From assembly GCA_947479085.1 (NCBI GenBank), contig CANJYB010000007.1, positions 72,432 through 136,431 of the forward strand: 64,000 bases of DNA, in the 5' to 3' direction. This DNA comes from Bacteroidota bacterium. GTDB lineage: Bacteria; Bacteroidota; Bacteroidia; 2-12-FULL-35-15. Shown piece by piece: positions 30,019-38,829 of the stretch. Within the stretch, counting starts at the first letter, position 1; each line of letters begins with the position of its first letter. Below the pieces are notes generated by a model, which worked only from the letters and a program-made list of their open reading frames with translations, was not told the origin of the DNA and did not search any database. The position numbers and the translations under genes are program-made.

Positions 30019-31077
30019 TTGAAAACAATAAATAATATGAAAAAAATATCTACTCTAATAATAGCTTTTTTTGCACTTGCAGTTTCCGCTGATGCACAGG
30101 ACCAGCATTTTTCACAGTTCTATAGTTCTCCTGTAACTTTAAATCCCGGTTTTACGGGAGTGTTTAATGGGGATGTAAGAGCGTATACTTTATACCGTAT
30201 GCAATGGTTTACGGTGACTAATCCATACAAAACGTTCAGTATTGCATTGGATGCACCTATTTTCAAAAAGAAAATGAAGAACCAGGATTTTTTTGCAGCC
30301 GGTATTAATTTCAATAATGATAATCAGGGAACTGTTCGTTTAAAAACCAATACTTATAATTTACTTGTGTCATTTACTAAATTTATTGGCGGACGTCAGA
30401 AACATAATATAACACTTGGTTATGAAATTGGGTATGGTACCAAAACGGCTTCTCTGGCTGTATTGAAATGGGATAGCCAATGGGATGCATATAGCGGAAC
30501 TTACAATGCTGCACTTCCAAGTGGTGAAGCCGGAGGTGGGGCAGTTGGTTTTCTTGATATGTCAACAGGAATTGTATGGAACTTTAGTACCGACCATTTG
30601 TTTCGCAGTGCCATGGGCTTTTCTTTTCACCATTTTACTTCACCTAATGTTTCTCTTATTGGAGGATCTGACAGATTGTATCCTAAATTAGGATTTCAAT
30701 GGTTAGTTAACTATAAGTTAAGTGAAACCAGTAATACTACTTTAGAACCTGCCTTAATGGTTGCTCAGCAAGGTAGTTCATTATTACTGGATGGTGGATT
30801 AAGTTTTAAGTTTGTTCTTTCTGACCGCTCTCATTATACGGATAACAGAAGTGATAAGGCCTTGCATCTTGGTGCTTACTATCGTTTGCGTGATGCGTTT
30901 TTTGTTACCTGTAAATTTGATTATGCTGATGTTTCCGCTTCTATTGCTTATGATGTGAATATATCGGGGCTTACTCCAGCTTCACGTACCGTTGGAGGCT
31001 TTGAGATTATGCTTGCCTATAGAGGTATTTTTATAGGACATAGAAATGCAAAACGTGCAAGTGTAAGATTTATGTAG
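30019..31077 (+). CDS. T9SS membrane protein, PorP/SprF family
   Basis: 352 aa; the N-terminus (…AQDQHFSQFYSSPVTLNPGFTG…RMQWF…) is the PorP/SprF signature. It lies directly downstream of a type-B CTD cargo, as is typical. The true start may be the ATG at 30037. Confidence 0.8.
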   Translation: MKTINNMKKISTLIIAFFALAVSADAQDQHFSQFYSSPVTLNPGFTGVFNGDVRAYTLYRMQWFTVTNPYKTFSIALDAPIFKKKMKNQDFFAAGINFNNDNQGTVRLKTNTYNLLVSFTKFIGGRQKHNITLGYEIGYGTKTASLAVLKWDSQWDAYSGTYNAALPSGEAGGGAVGFLDMSTGIVWNFSTDHLFRSAMGFSFHHFTSPNVSLIGGSDRLYPKLGFQWLVNYKLSETSNTTLEPALMVAQQGSSLLLDGGLSFKFVLSDRSHYTDNRSDKALHLGAYYRLRDAFFVTCKFDYADVSASIAYDVNISGLTPASRTVGGFEIMLAYRGIFIGHRNAKRASVRFM

Positions 31078-31105
31078 GTTTATTGAATTTACTAATAGAA
31101 ATGTA

Positions 31106-31141
31106 AAATCCCTCGCCAGTTAATGGCGAGGGATTTTTTTA
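31106..31141 (+). terminator. rho-independent terminator
   Basis: AAATCCCTCGCCagttaatGGCGAGGGATTTTTTTATTT. Confidence 0.8.
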
Positions 31142-31231
31142 TTTGAAACATTCTGTAATTCGAGATTTAAGTAATTATTAAGGTTTTTCCTATTAGTTTC
31201 TTCATTTGCTATGTCATTTTCTCTACACTCA

Positions 31232-31483
31232 GCATTAGTTTATTTGTTCTCCCTGTTAGTTTATTTGTTCGTACTGTTAGTTTATTTGTTCTCCCTGTTA
31301 ATTTATTTGCACGCACTGTTAGTTTATTTGTTGTCCCTGTTAGTTTATCTTCACTCACTGTTAGTTTATTTGTTCTCCCTGTTAGTTTATCTGCACGCAC
31401 TGTTAGTTTATTTGGTCTCCCTGTTAGTTTATTTGCAAGCACTTTCAATATATGGGATAGCCGCGTTAGTTTATCTGTTCGCC
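31232..31483. repeat. tandem repeat array, 21 bp period (CTGTTAGTTTATTTGTTCTCC and variants), about 12 copies
   Basis: Seen directly; lies between convergent porP/sprF and pntB. The ORF-track entries 31209..31448 and 31211..31525 are repeat translations. Confidence 0.85.
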
Positions 31484-31666
31484 CAATTTTTTAGGTTTAA
31501 TAAAATACTTATTTTAAATATTTAATTATTAATTAGTTGTGAGTCTTATTTAAAATTCAGGGATAAATAATACTAATTTAGAAAAGGGGAGGGGCCGTAT
31601 GGTTAACTGTTGACTTGAAGTCAAAGAATAATTACCAAGAATGGTAATTGTGATGGAGAGATTTCT

Positions 31667-31707
31667 AAAAAAAATCCTGCTTCAGACAGACTGAAGCAGG
31701 ATTTTTT
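31667..31707. terminator. bidirectional rho-independent terminator downstream of pntB
   Basis: AAAAAAAATCCTGCTTCAGacagaCTGAAGCAGGATTTTTT. Confidence 0.8.
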
Positions 31708-31726
31708 AGAACCAATAGAGAAGAAT

Positions 31727-33124
31727 TTATTTTAGAAATGTCAATAGTTTTTCAACACTCATTTTAGCATCTCCATAAAGCATTTCTGAATTTGGTTTGT
31801 AGAACAAAGGATTGTCTTCGCCTGAATAACCTGCCGACATCGAGCGTTTCATAATAATTACTTTTTCTGCTTTCCACACTTCTATCACCGGCATTCCGTA
31901 AATAGAACTTGCAGGGTCGTCTTGTGCACTTGGATTTACCACATCGTTTGCTCCAATTACCATTACTACATCTGTAGTTGGCATATCTTCATTTATCTCG
32001 TCCATTTCCAAAACTATATCGTATGGCACATTTGCTTCAGCTAACAATACATTCATGTGACCAGGCAAACGACCGGCAACAGGGTGAATAGCGAATCTTA
32101 CTTTTTTACCTGCTTTTTGTAAAGTTTGAACCATATCATAAATTGGATACTGTGCTTTGGCAACGGCCATTCCGTAACCTGGAACAATTACTATTGATTT
32201 TGCTTCTTTTAATAAAGCAGCTACTTCTTCGTGATTTAAGGATGTTACTTCTCCTTCAATAGCTTTAGCTACTCCAACAGGTCCATTTCCAAAACCACCT
32301 AAAATAACAGAGACAAAAGAACGATTCATGGCATGACACATGTGAATAGAAAGAATGGCTCCTGAACTACCCACCAATGCACCGGTTACAATTAATAAAT
32401 CGTTACCCAACATAAATCCTGCTGCTGAAGCTGCCCAACCTGAATAAGAGTTAAGCATACTCACCACCACCGGCATATCTCCACCACCAATAGCCATTAC
32501 CAGCATAATTCCAATAAAGGAAGAAATACCTGTCATGATGTATAAATAAGGTAATCCTGCCGTACCTTCCTGCTGCGCAAACAGAACGCCTAAAACAATA
32601 CATGCTACTAATAAAATAATATTTACAGCATGTCTGCCCGGATAAACCAAGGCTTTGCTTCTCACTTTTCCTTCCAGTTTTCCCCACGCAATTATAGAAC
32701 CTGTGAAAGTGATGGCTCCAATAAAAATACCAATAAAAACTTCCACTAAATGAATGCTGTGTGCCGCTCCTTCTATGGTTTGTGTGTGTGGGTCCATATA
32801 AGAACCAAAGCCAACTAACACAGCTGCTAATCCCACAAAACTATGTAAGATAGCCACCAATTGTGGCATGGATGTCATTTCTACTTTGCGGGCAAGCATT
32901 AAGCCAATTACGGATGCAATTGCAATTGCCACAATGATGTAAGTTTGTCCTGCCACACCTTGACCGAAAACAGTGGCAATTATTGCAATTGCCATTCCTA
33001 TGATACCATAAAACACACCGCGTTTTGCTGATTCCTGAGATGATAAACTACCTAAACTTAATATAAACAGGATACTTGCAAATAAGTAAGCTGCTGTTTG
33101 TATTTCCTTTGCTATAACAATCAT
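31727..33124 (-). CDS. pntB: NAD(P) transhydrogenase beta subunit
   Basis: 465 aa with an N-terminal multi-TM region and a C-terminal NADP(H)-binding domain (…[13 protein letters not shown]…). Adjacent to pntA. Confidence 0.9.
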   Translation of the reverse strand: MIVIAKEIQTAAYLFASILFILSLGSLSSQESAKRGVFYGIIGMAIAIIATVFGQGVAGQTYIIVAIAIASVIGLMLARKVEMTSMPQLVAILHSFVGLAAVLVGFGSYMDPHTQTIEGAAHSIHLVEVFIGIFIGAITFTGSIIAWGKLEGKVRSKALVYPGRHAVNIILLVACIVLGVLFAQQEGTAGLPYLYIMTGISSFIGIMLVMAIGGGDMPVVVSMLNSYSGWAASAAGFMLGNDLLIVTGALVGSSGAILSIHMCHAMNRSFVSVILGGFGNGPVGVAKAIEGEVTSLNHEEVAALLKEAKSIVIVPGYGMAVAKAQYPIYDMVQTLQKAGKKVRFAIHPVAGRLPGHMNVLLAEANVPYDIVLEMDEINEDMPTTDVVMVIGANDVVNPSAQDDPASSIYGMPVIEVWKAEKVIIMKRSMSAGYSGEDNPLFYKPNSEMLYGDAKMSVEKLLTFLK

Positions 33125-33136
33125 AATTTCTTCCTT

Positions 33137-34681
33137 CTATTTTTTAAACATTTTCAACATACGGTGAGTAACCACAAAACCTCCGACAATATTAATGCTG
33201 GCAACCAAAATAGCAATACCTGCAATAATTGTTAAAGGGTTTTTGATATCATCTGTTGTCTGCAACAATCCACCAATTACAATAATCCCGCTGATGGCAT
33301 TGGTTACTGCCATTAATGGAGTATGCAACGAGTGCGACACGTTAGTTATTAATTGCCAGCCTACAAATATCGCCAATACAAATACGGTGAAATGCTGAAT
33401 GAATTCGCCTGGTGCAAAACGACCCACCAGAAACAATAATGCTCCCACTACTGCTAAGGTAATCATCATGGATGTGGATGCTTTTTTTGATTTTTCTGCA
33501 TCCGATGCTCTTACTTCTTCTGCTGTTGGCGGCACTACTTTCACTTTTCCTCCTGCAGTCGGGCTCACAGGCAGCGGTGCAGGTGGCCAGTGAATTTCAC
33601 CGTTATATGTTACCATGGCTCTTGATACCACAGCATCTTCCATGTCAATCTTCCATTTCTCTGCCTTGCCCATATCATCCAATAAATGACACAGGTTATT
33701 TCCATACAACTGCGAAGCCTGACTTGGCAATTGAGATAACTTTCCAACCATGGTCACCCCATTGTCGGTGGTGTACACTTCTCCGTTTCTGGTAAGGGCA
33801 CAGTTACCTCCTGTAGATGCCGCTAAATCCACAATAACCGAACCCGGTTTCATAGCAGCTACGTGATAATCCATCCATAATCTTGGAGCTGCTCTGCCCG
33901 GAATTTGAGCAGTAGTTATAACAAGGTCCACTTCTTTGGCTTGCTCCAAAAATAATTTCATCTCCGCTTCAATAAATTCCTTACTCATTTCTTTTGAGTA
34001 ACCCGATGATGTAGCACCGTCTTCATTTATCTCTACAGTTAAGAATTGCGCACCCATTGATTCAATTTGTTCTGCAACTTCTTTTCTTGTATCAAAAGCT
34101 CTTACAATTGCCCCCAACGAATTGGCAGCACCAATAGCAGCCAAACCGGCTACTCCGGCACCAATCACCAATACCTTGGCAGGCTCTACTTTTCCGGCAG
34201 CCGTAATTTGTCCGTTCAAAAATCTTCCGAAATAGAAAGAACCTTCTATCACCGCTCTGTATCCTGCAATATTAGCCATAGATGACAACACATCCATTTT
34301 CTGTGCCCTGGAAATACGAGGTATCGCATCCATTGCAATAGCATTCACTTTTTTGTCAGCTAATTTCTGAAGCAAAGGTTGATTTTGCGCAGGCCACAGG
34401 TAACTCAACATTACCAAACCTTCGTGCATCATATCCACTTCCTCCATTGTAGGCTCTTTCACCTTTAGCACAATGTCCGACTTACCATAAATTTCAGCAG
34501 CAGTGCTCACGATTTTAGCCCCCGCTTCTTCAAATTCTTTATCCGAAAAATTGGCTTTTACTCCCGCATTGTGCTCAATATACACTTCAAACCCCTGCTT
34601 CTGAAGTCGTTTAACGGTTTTTGGGGTAGCCGCCACCCTTAATTCATTCTGCGAAATTTCCGCTGGAACTCCTACTTTCAT
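33137..34681 (-). CDS. pntA: NAD(P) transhydrogenase alpha subunit (fused alpha1 plus alpha2 membrane part)
   Basis: 514 aa with an alanine-dehydrogenase/PNT N-terminal domain (…[22 protein letters not shown]…) and C-terminal TM helices. Confidence 0.9.
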   Translation of the reverse strand: MKVGVPAEISQNELRVAATPKTVKRLQKQGFEVYIEHNAGVKANFSDKEFEEAGAKIVSTAAEIYGKSDIVLKVKEPTMEEVDMMHEGLVMLSYLWPAQNQPLLQKLADKKVNAIAMDAIPRISRAQKMDVLSSMANIAGYRAVIEGSFYFGRFLNGQITAAGKVEPAKVLVIGAGVAGLAAIGAANSLGAIVRAFDTRKEVAEQIESMGAQFLTVEINEDGATSSGYSKEMSKEFIEAEMKLFLEQAKEVDLVITTAQIPGRAAPRLWMDYHVAAMKPGSVIVDLAASTGGNCALTRNGEVYTTDNGVTMVGKLSQLPSQASQLYGNNLCHLLDDMGKAEKWKIDMEDAVVSRAMVTYNGEIHWPPAPLPVSPTAGGKVKVVPPTAEEVRASDAEKSKKASTSMMITLAVVGALLFLVGRFAPGEFIQHFTVFVLAIFVGWQLITNVSHSLHTPLMAVTNAISGIIVIGGLLQTTDDIKNPLTIIAGIAILVASINIVGGFVVTHRMLKMFKK

Positions 34682-34972
34682 TTTATTTCAATTTGATAAT
34701 TTGATAATTTGACAATTTAAAAATGGCATTGGCTCGTTTTTAAATCGGCACATTTTCAAATTAATTTTTTTAGCGCCACGAAAGTAGTAAAATTATGAAT
34801 AAGAGGAAAGATTAAGAGGGTTAACATTTTGTCAGGTTCTATTATGTTTTGTCAGTTTTCGTTAAATGGTATGCTTTTTAACAATGAAAACAGGTTTTTG
34901 AAAAATATTTTCAAAAATTTAAAGTATTTTAAAGTTTCATTCGTCTTGTAAAGTATAACACGCAAATTGTAA

Positions 34973-35551
34973 ATGGGTAACGATACCGTCAGTGAATTAA
35001 AAAATGAAGAAATCAACACCACCATTCATCGCGAGAAGGGGAAGTTGTTGAGCTTCATTAACGGTAAAATGCCATCTAACGAAGATGCCGAAGATGTTCT
35101 GCAGGATGTCTTTTTTGAACTGGTGGTTACCTCGCGCGAAGATAACACCATTGAACAGGTAGCTTCGTGGCTTTACAGGGTGGCAAGAAACAAAATTACT
35201 GACTGGTACCGGAAAAGAAGAACGGAACGTTTCGAAAACAAAGTAATAACCAATGAAGAAGATGACGAACCCTTACTGCTAACTGATATAATGGCATCGA
35301 TGGAAGTGCCGGCTGATGATAAGATGATGCTGGGTTTAATCTCAGAACAACTTTCGGAAGCATTGGAGCTTCTTCCTGAAAAACAAAAAGACGTTTTTGT
35401 GATGCATGAGCTGGAAGGAATGAGTTTGAAACAGATTGCTGAAATTACCGATACGCCTATTAAGACGGTTATTTCCCGAAAACATTATGCGGTATCGTTT
35501 CTCAGGGAGCATTTGCGGGATATTTACAATGAATTATTAAACAAGAATTAA
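34973..35551 (+). CDS. ECF-type RNA polymerase sigma-70 factor
   Basis: 192 aa with region 2 (…LQDVFFELV…WLYRVARNKITDWYR…) and region 4 (…LEGMSLKQIAEITDTPIKTVISR…). Confidence 0.85.
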   Translation: MGNDTVSELKNEEINTTIHREKGKLLSFINGKMPSNEDAEDVLQDVFFELVVTSREDNTIEQVASWLYRVARNKITDWYRKRRTERFENKVITNEEDDEPLLLTDIMASMEVPADDKMMLGLISEQLSEALELLPEKQKDVFVMHELEGMSLKQIAEITDTPIKTVISRKHYAVSFLREHLRDIYNELLNKN

Positions 35552-35569
35552 ACTAAAAAAAATAAAAAA

Positions 35570-35899
35570 ATGAAAGCTAAATTTATAGTATTTAAAGTAG
35601 TAAAAATAACAGCAGCAGTTCTGTTTTTTGGAACCCTGTTTGGTTTCGGAACCATGTACTTATGGAACTGGTTGGTGCCAACACTGTTTCACGGACCAGT
35701 AGTTACTTTCTGGCAAATGATTGGATTAATAGCCCTTTCCAAAATTCTGTTCGGAGGATTTAAAGGAGGAAATAAAAGATGGGGAGGGGGCAAACATGAA
35801 ATGCGTGGACGCTGGAAACAAAAAATGGAAGAACGCATGGCCAACATGACCGAGGAAGAAAAAGCAAAGTGGAAAACACGTTGCGGAGGGTATTTTTAA
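35570..35899 (+). CDS. small membrane protein co-transcribed with the ECF sigma factor (possible non-canonical anti-sigma or partner)
   Basis: 109 aa with two predicted TM helices followed by a Lys/Glu/Trp-rich tail (…RWKQKMEERMANMTEEEKAKWKTRCGGYF). It starts 18 nt after the sigma stop. No zinc-finger anti-sigma motif. Confidence 0.5.
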   Translation: MKAKFIVFKVVKITAAVLFFGTLFGFGTMYLWNWLVPTLFHGPVVTFWQMIGLIALSKILFGGFKGGNKRWGGGKHEMRGRWKQKMEERMANMTEEEKAKWKTRCGGYF

Positions 35900-35911
35900 T
35901 CTAGTATTTCC

Positions 35912-35945
35912 AAACCATCAAGGTTTTTAAAACCTTGATGGTTTA
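35912..35945 (+). terminator. terminator-like hairpin
   Basis: AAACCATCAAGGTTTttaaAACCTTGATGGTTTatttg. Confidence 0.55.
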
Positions 35946-35977
35946 TTTGTAAAAACAAAAACCAAATCTTACTTAAT

Positions 35978-36211
35978 ATGAATTTACCAATTGCAGAAAA
36001 CAATCAAACCGTATTGGTTTTTAAAACCAATATCAGGAAACGAAGTGAAGTAGAAAAACTATCCTCGGTTTTTAATAAGCCTGAAATTATTAAATGGAAT
36101 ATCGACCTGGACGACTGTGACAAGGTGCTGAGGGTAGTAACTACTAGGTTATCTTATGCTGATATTATTATGGAGACCAGCGAAAAAGGGTTTGAATGCG
36201 TGGAATTATAA
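35978..36211 (+). CDS. hypothetical small protein
   Basis: 77 aa ORF; no recognised domain. Confidence 0.35.
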   Translation: MNLPIAENNQTVLVFKTNIRKRSEVEKLSSVFNKPEIIKWNIDLDDCDKVLRVVTTRLSYADIIMETSEKGFECVEL

Positions 36212-36305
36212 TCGATTAGTCTTTAACTATGCGTCTGGAAGGGGAGGAGGGGAATCTGCCGATGATTATTTTGAAGCAATTCCTCCCATTTTAACTAAGT
36301 AACTA

Positions 36306-36463
36306 AATTTGTATACGTATTTTTGAGATTCCTCACTTCGTTCGGAATGACAGGTTTTTCGAGATAGTAAAGGGAGAGGAGACGACTGCGAAGCAGCCGT
36401 CTCCTCTCCCTAATCGATTGTGATTTTGTCATTCCGTACGAAGTGAGGAATCTATATTTGTAT
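36306..36463. repeat. MITE-like nested palindromic element: 27 bp terminal inverted repeats (1 mismatch) around an inner GGGAGAGGAGACG / CGTCTCCTCTCCC hairpin, flanked by ATTTGTATA direct repeats
   Basis: Left arm 36325..36353 (gagattcctcacttcgttcggaatgacag); right arm 36427..36453 (tgtcattccgtacgaagtgaggaatct); inner stem 36372..36384 / 36398..36410; ATTTGTATA at 36306..36314 and 36455..36463. Confidence 0.4.
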
Positions 36464-36563
36464 AATAGTTTACTAAATTAACATTGATTTTTTCATTTAT
36501 GAAAATATTTACCTTATTTTTGTTTCACAAATCATTTTAATAAACCACAAAAACAAAAACAAT

Positions 36564-36878
36564 ATGAAAAAAATCGCATTATTTCTTGTTGCTTCTTCAT
36601 TTGCATTGGCAGTGAACGCACAGGATGGAAAATCAAAAGCACCGGCAGCAACTCCTGCTCCAACGACTGCAGCTACTCCGGCAGTAACAGCTACCCGTGT
36701 AGCAACACCATCAGCTGATCAATTAAGAGCTGTGGATGCTAATACAAAAGCACACGTTTGCACAGATGTCTGCAAAGACGGAAAGCACAATTTTGTTCAT
36801 GGAGAAAAAGGACATGTTTGCACTTCAGCTTGCGCACCTTCTGCAAAACAAGCACCAAAAGCGGCAGAAAAAAAGTAA
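36564..36878 (+). CDS. secreted Ala/Pro/Thr-rich protein with duplicated H-V-C-T-x-x-C motif (possible metal-binding)
   Basis: 104 aa; signal peptide; …KAHVCTDVCKDGKHNFVHGEKGHVCTSACAPS…. Confidence 0.5.
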   Translation: MKKIALFLVASSFALAVNAQDGKSKAPAATPAPTTAATPAVTATRVATPSADQLRAVDANTKAHVCTDVCKDGKHNFVHGEKGHVCTSACAPSAKQAPKAAEKK

Positions 36879-36897
36879 ATATTCTTCGCAGATAAAT

Positions 36898-36931
36898 AAA
36901 AAGCCCATCAACTAATTGATGGGCTTTTTTA
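36898..36931. terminator. bidirectional rho-independent terminator
   Basis: AAAAGCCCATCAActaaTTGATGGGCTTTTTTATTT, between convergent genes. Confidence 0.8.
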
Positions 36932-36956
36932 TTTATCCAATTGATATGTTTCCGGA

Positions 36957-37409
36957 CTAAGCAGGCACCATTGCAGATTTAGCAATGTTACGATACGAAT
37001 AGGAATTATAGATATGTCTTCTTGCAAATCTCCCTTGCGAATCTGCATTCACCAGTTTGATGTAAATATTACGGGGAACATCAAAGTATTCATAAATGCT
37101 TCCATCGAGGAAAGAAATTTTAAGAACTGACGATTGGTATTCAAAATCAATAATGGCGGAAGAAGTGGTGGTGGCTGTATATTCCTCAATGCGGGAAGCC
37201 TGGGTTTCTGGCGCCACACTTACCAGGAAATGGTAAGCCTCAATAATTTCTTTACTTTTTTCTTCGGCTTCTAGTTGAAGTGCTTCATTTCCGGGAAATT
37301 TGTCAGGATGACATTCTTTCATAAAATCCCTGTAAATGGTTTTTAATTCTTTTAACTCAGTTGCTTTGGTTACGCCCAATAGCCTGCGGTAATCTCCAAT
37401 TTTTTTCAT
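36957..37409 (-). CDS. J-domain (DnaJ-like) protein with C-terminal KTSC domain
   Basis: 150 aa; the N-terminus (…YRRLLGVTKATELKELKTIYRDFMKECHPDKFPGNE…AYHFL) has an HPD-motif J domain. The C-terminus (…VLKISFLDGSIYEYFDVPRNIYIKLVNADSQGRF…) is KTSC-like. Confidence 0.75.
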   Translation of the reverse strand: MKKIGDYRRLLGVTKATELKELKTIYRDFMKECHPDKFPGNEALQLEAEEKSKEIIEAYHFLVSVAPETQASRIEEYTATTTSSAIIDFEYQSSVLKISFLDGSIYEYFDVPRNIYIKLVNADSQGRFARRHIYNSYSYRNIAKSAMVPA

Positions 37410-37514
37410 TATATTTTTTTTCGGGCCACAAAAGTACTATAAATATTGGATATACAGCAATTTGGGCGCTGTTCAATACGTTAAAATATGCAAAAGGGAA
37501 GAGAAAGAAGGAAA

Positions 37515-37898
37515 TTACAGCACCAATTCTTCAAACAAACGATTGGCTGTTTTCGCCAAATCATTACAAAGCCCGGGATGGGTTTTGGAGGTTTGAATAA
37601 CAGAACTTCTGACCGCAGTAAGCCAACGGAAACGCTCCGGGACATCCAACAGGGCAATGGGGCCGCAGTTTTCTGTGCCTTGTGCTATTTTTTCGAAGGA
37701 ATGTAAGTTTTGTTTTATTTGTTCCACATCTGCATCTTTCGAAAACAGCTTCAGCTTTTCTTCATTCAGTAAATAGCGAACAGAAATAAACTTCTCTTTT
37801 TTGCAAAAAAGAATAATCCCGACATTCAGGAATTCTTCACGTTCCACCTGGGGCAAAACGCGAATGATGGCATACTCATATAAGTACTTTTCTTGCAT
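37515..37898 (-). CDS. DUF3037-like small protein; partner gene overlapping the 3' end of the HipA-like kinase gene
   Basis: 127 aa; overlaps the upstream gene by 23 nt. Assignment to DUF3037 is from memory of that family (…LNVGIILFC…). Confidence 0.5.
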   Translation of the reverse strand: MQEKYLYEYAIIRVLPQVEREEFLNVGIILFCKKEKFISVRYLLNEEKLKLFSKDADVEQIKQNLHSFEKIAQGTENCGPIALLDVPERFRWLTAVRSSVIQTSKTHPGLCNDLAKTANRLFEELVL

Positions 37899-38718
37899 TT
37901 TCTGCTTCAGTTGTAAATAGTTCAGAATGTTTCAGCCTTATTGTCAGGAATTGAAAATAGACTTCTCGTAATTCTTCCGGTGTTTTATCCATACCCTCCC
38001 AATGCAGCCATTCGTCAGGAATCAGCGATACAATATCCCGGATATTTTGCTCCGTCAGTAATGTGCTGAATCGCTTATTTGTTTCTTCGAGTAAAGATGC
38101 CTGTGGCAACAGCACGTGGTCTTTTATTAATGTAAAAGGACTTTTAGCATGCATTTCCCAATTGACGAATGAATGATGAAAATAAAGAGATGCACCATGG
38201 TCAATCAGCCAGAGTTCTTTATGCCACATCAGCATATTGGTATTTTTAAAGGTACGGTCCATATTGATAATAAACGCATCCAGCCACACTATTTCAGAAG
38301 CCTTTTTAGCATCTACAATATTTACCACAGGGTCATAAGTAATAGCACCTGATAAAAAATGCAGGGCTAAGTTCAGCCCCTGGCTGCCTTTTAATAAATC
38401 CTGAATTTCTTCGTCCGCTTCAGTTCGGCCAAAGGCTTCATCCAGGTTAGCAAATACCAGTTCAGGCAATTTTAATCCGAGAGCACGGGCTATTTCTCCA
38501 CCAATGAGTTCTGCAATCAAAGCTTTTGGGCCATGGCCATTCCCTTTAAATTTTAGAACGTATTTAAAATCGTCATCCGCCTCAGCCAATGCCGGTAACG
38601 AACCACCTTCTCTTAAAGGAGTAATGTATCGGGTAACATTTACAGTTCGTAAAACGGGTTTGTCCTGCATTTCAGAAAGTATAATTTCAGTTTGCAAACA
38701 TACGGTATTTTTTATCAT
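37876..38718 (-). CDS. HipA-like serine/threonine kinase family protein (HipA_2-type, no HipB partner)
   Basis: 280 aa; …FIINMDRTFKNTNMLM… resembles the HipA catalytic loop (hNxDDHxKNxS-type) and …LWLIDHGASLYF… a downstream D-x-G metal-binding motif. Confidence 0.6.
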   Translation of the reverse strand: MIKNTVCLQTEIILSEMQDKPVLRTVNVTRYITPLREGGSLPALAEADDDFKYVLKFKGNGHGPKALIAELIGGEIARALGLKLPELVFANLDEAFGRTEADEEIQDLLKGSQGLNLALHFLSGAITYDPVVNIVDAKKASEIVWLDAFIINMDRTFKNTNMLMWHKELWLIDHGASLYFHHSFVNWEMHAKSPFTLIKDHVLLPQASLLEETNKRFSTLLTEQNIRDIVSLIPDEWLHWEGMDKTPEELREVYFQFLTIRLKHSELFTTEAENARKVLI

Positions 38719-38789
38719 TCACTTAACAGCTAACATTGCCTTCATTTTCATTATTAAGGTGTATCTTAATTCTTACTTTAAAAAATTAT

Positions 38790-38797
38790 TACCTTTG
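38790..38797 (+). promoter_or_regulatory. candidate -7 promoter element TACCTTTG (TAnnTTTG) for the BNR-repeat gene
   Basis: 33 nt upstream of the ATG at 38830. Motif match only. Confidence 0.3.
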
Positions 38798-38829
38798 AAA
38801 ACTGATTAAACAAAAAATATTCTCTCTAT

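Noticed and set aside
3628-31483. Possibility that the three repeat arrays are CRISPR arrays
   Set aside because: The variable segments are only about 9 nt (array 1) or absent (arrays 2 and 3). Units are directly contiguous rather than 28-37 bp repeats alternating with unique 30-40 bp spacers. No cas genes are anywhere in the window.
31209-31525. ORFs encoding KLTGRTNKLTV… / LLVYLFSLLVYL… repeats
   Set aside because: Translations of the 21 bp tandem repeat on both strands.
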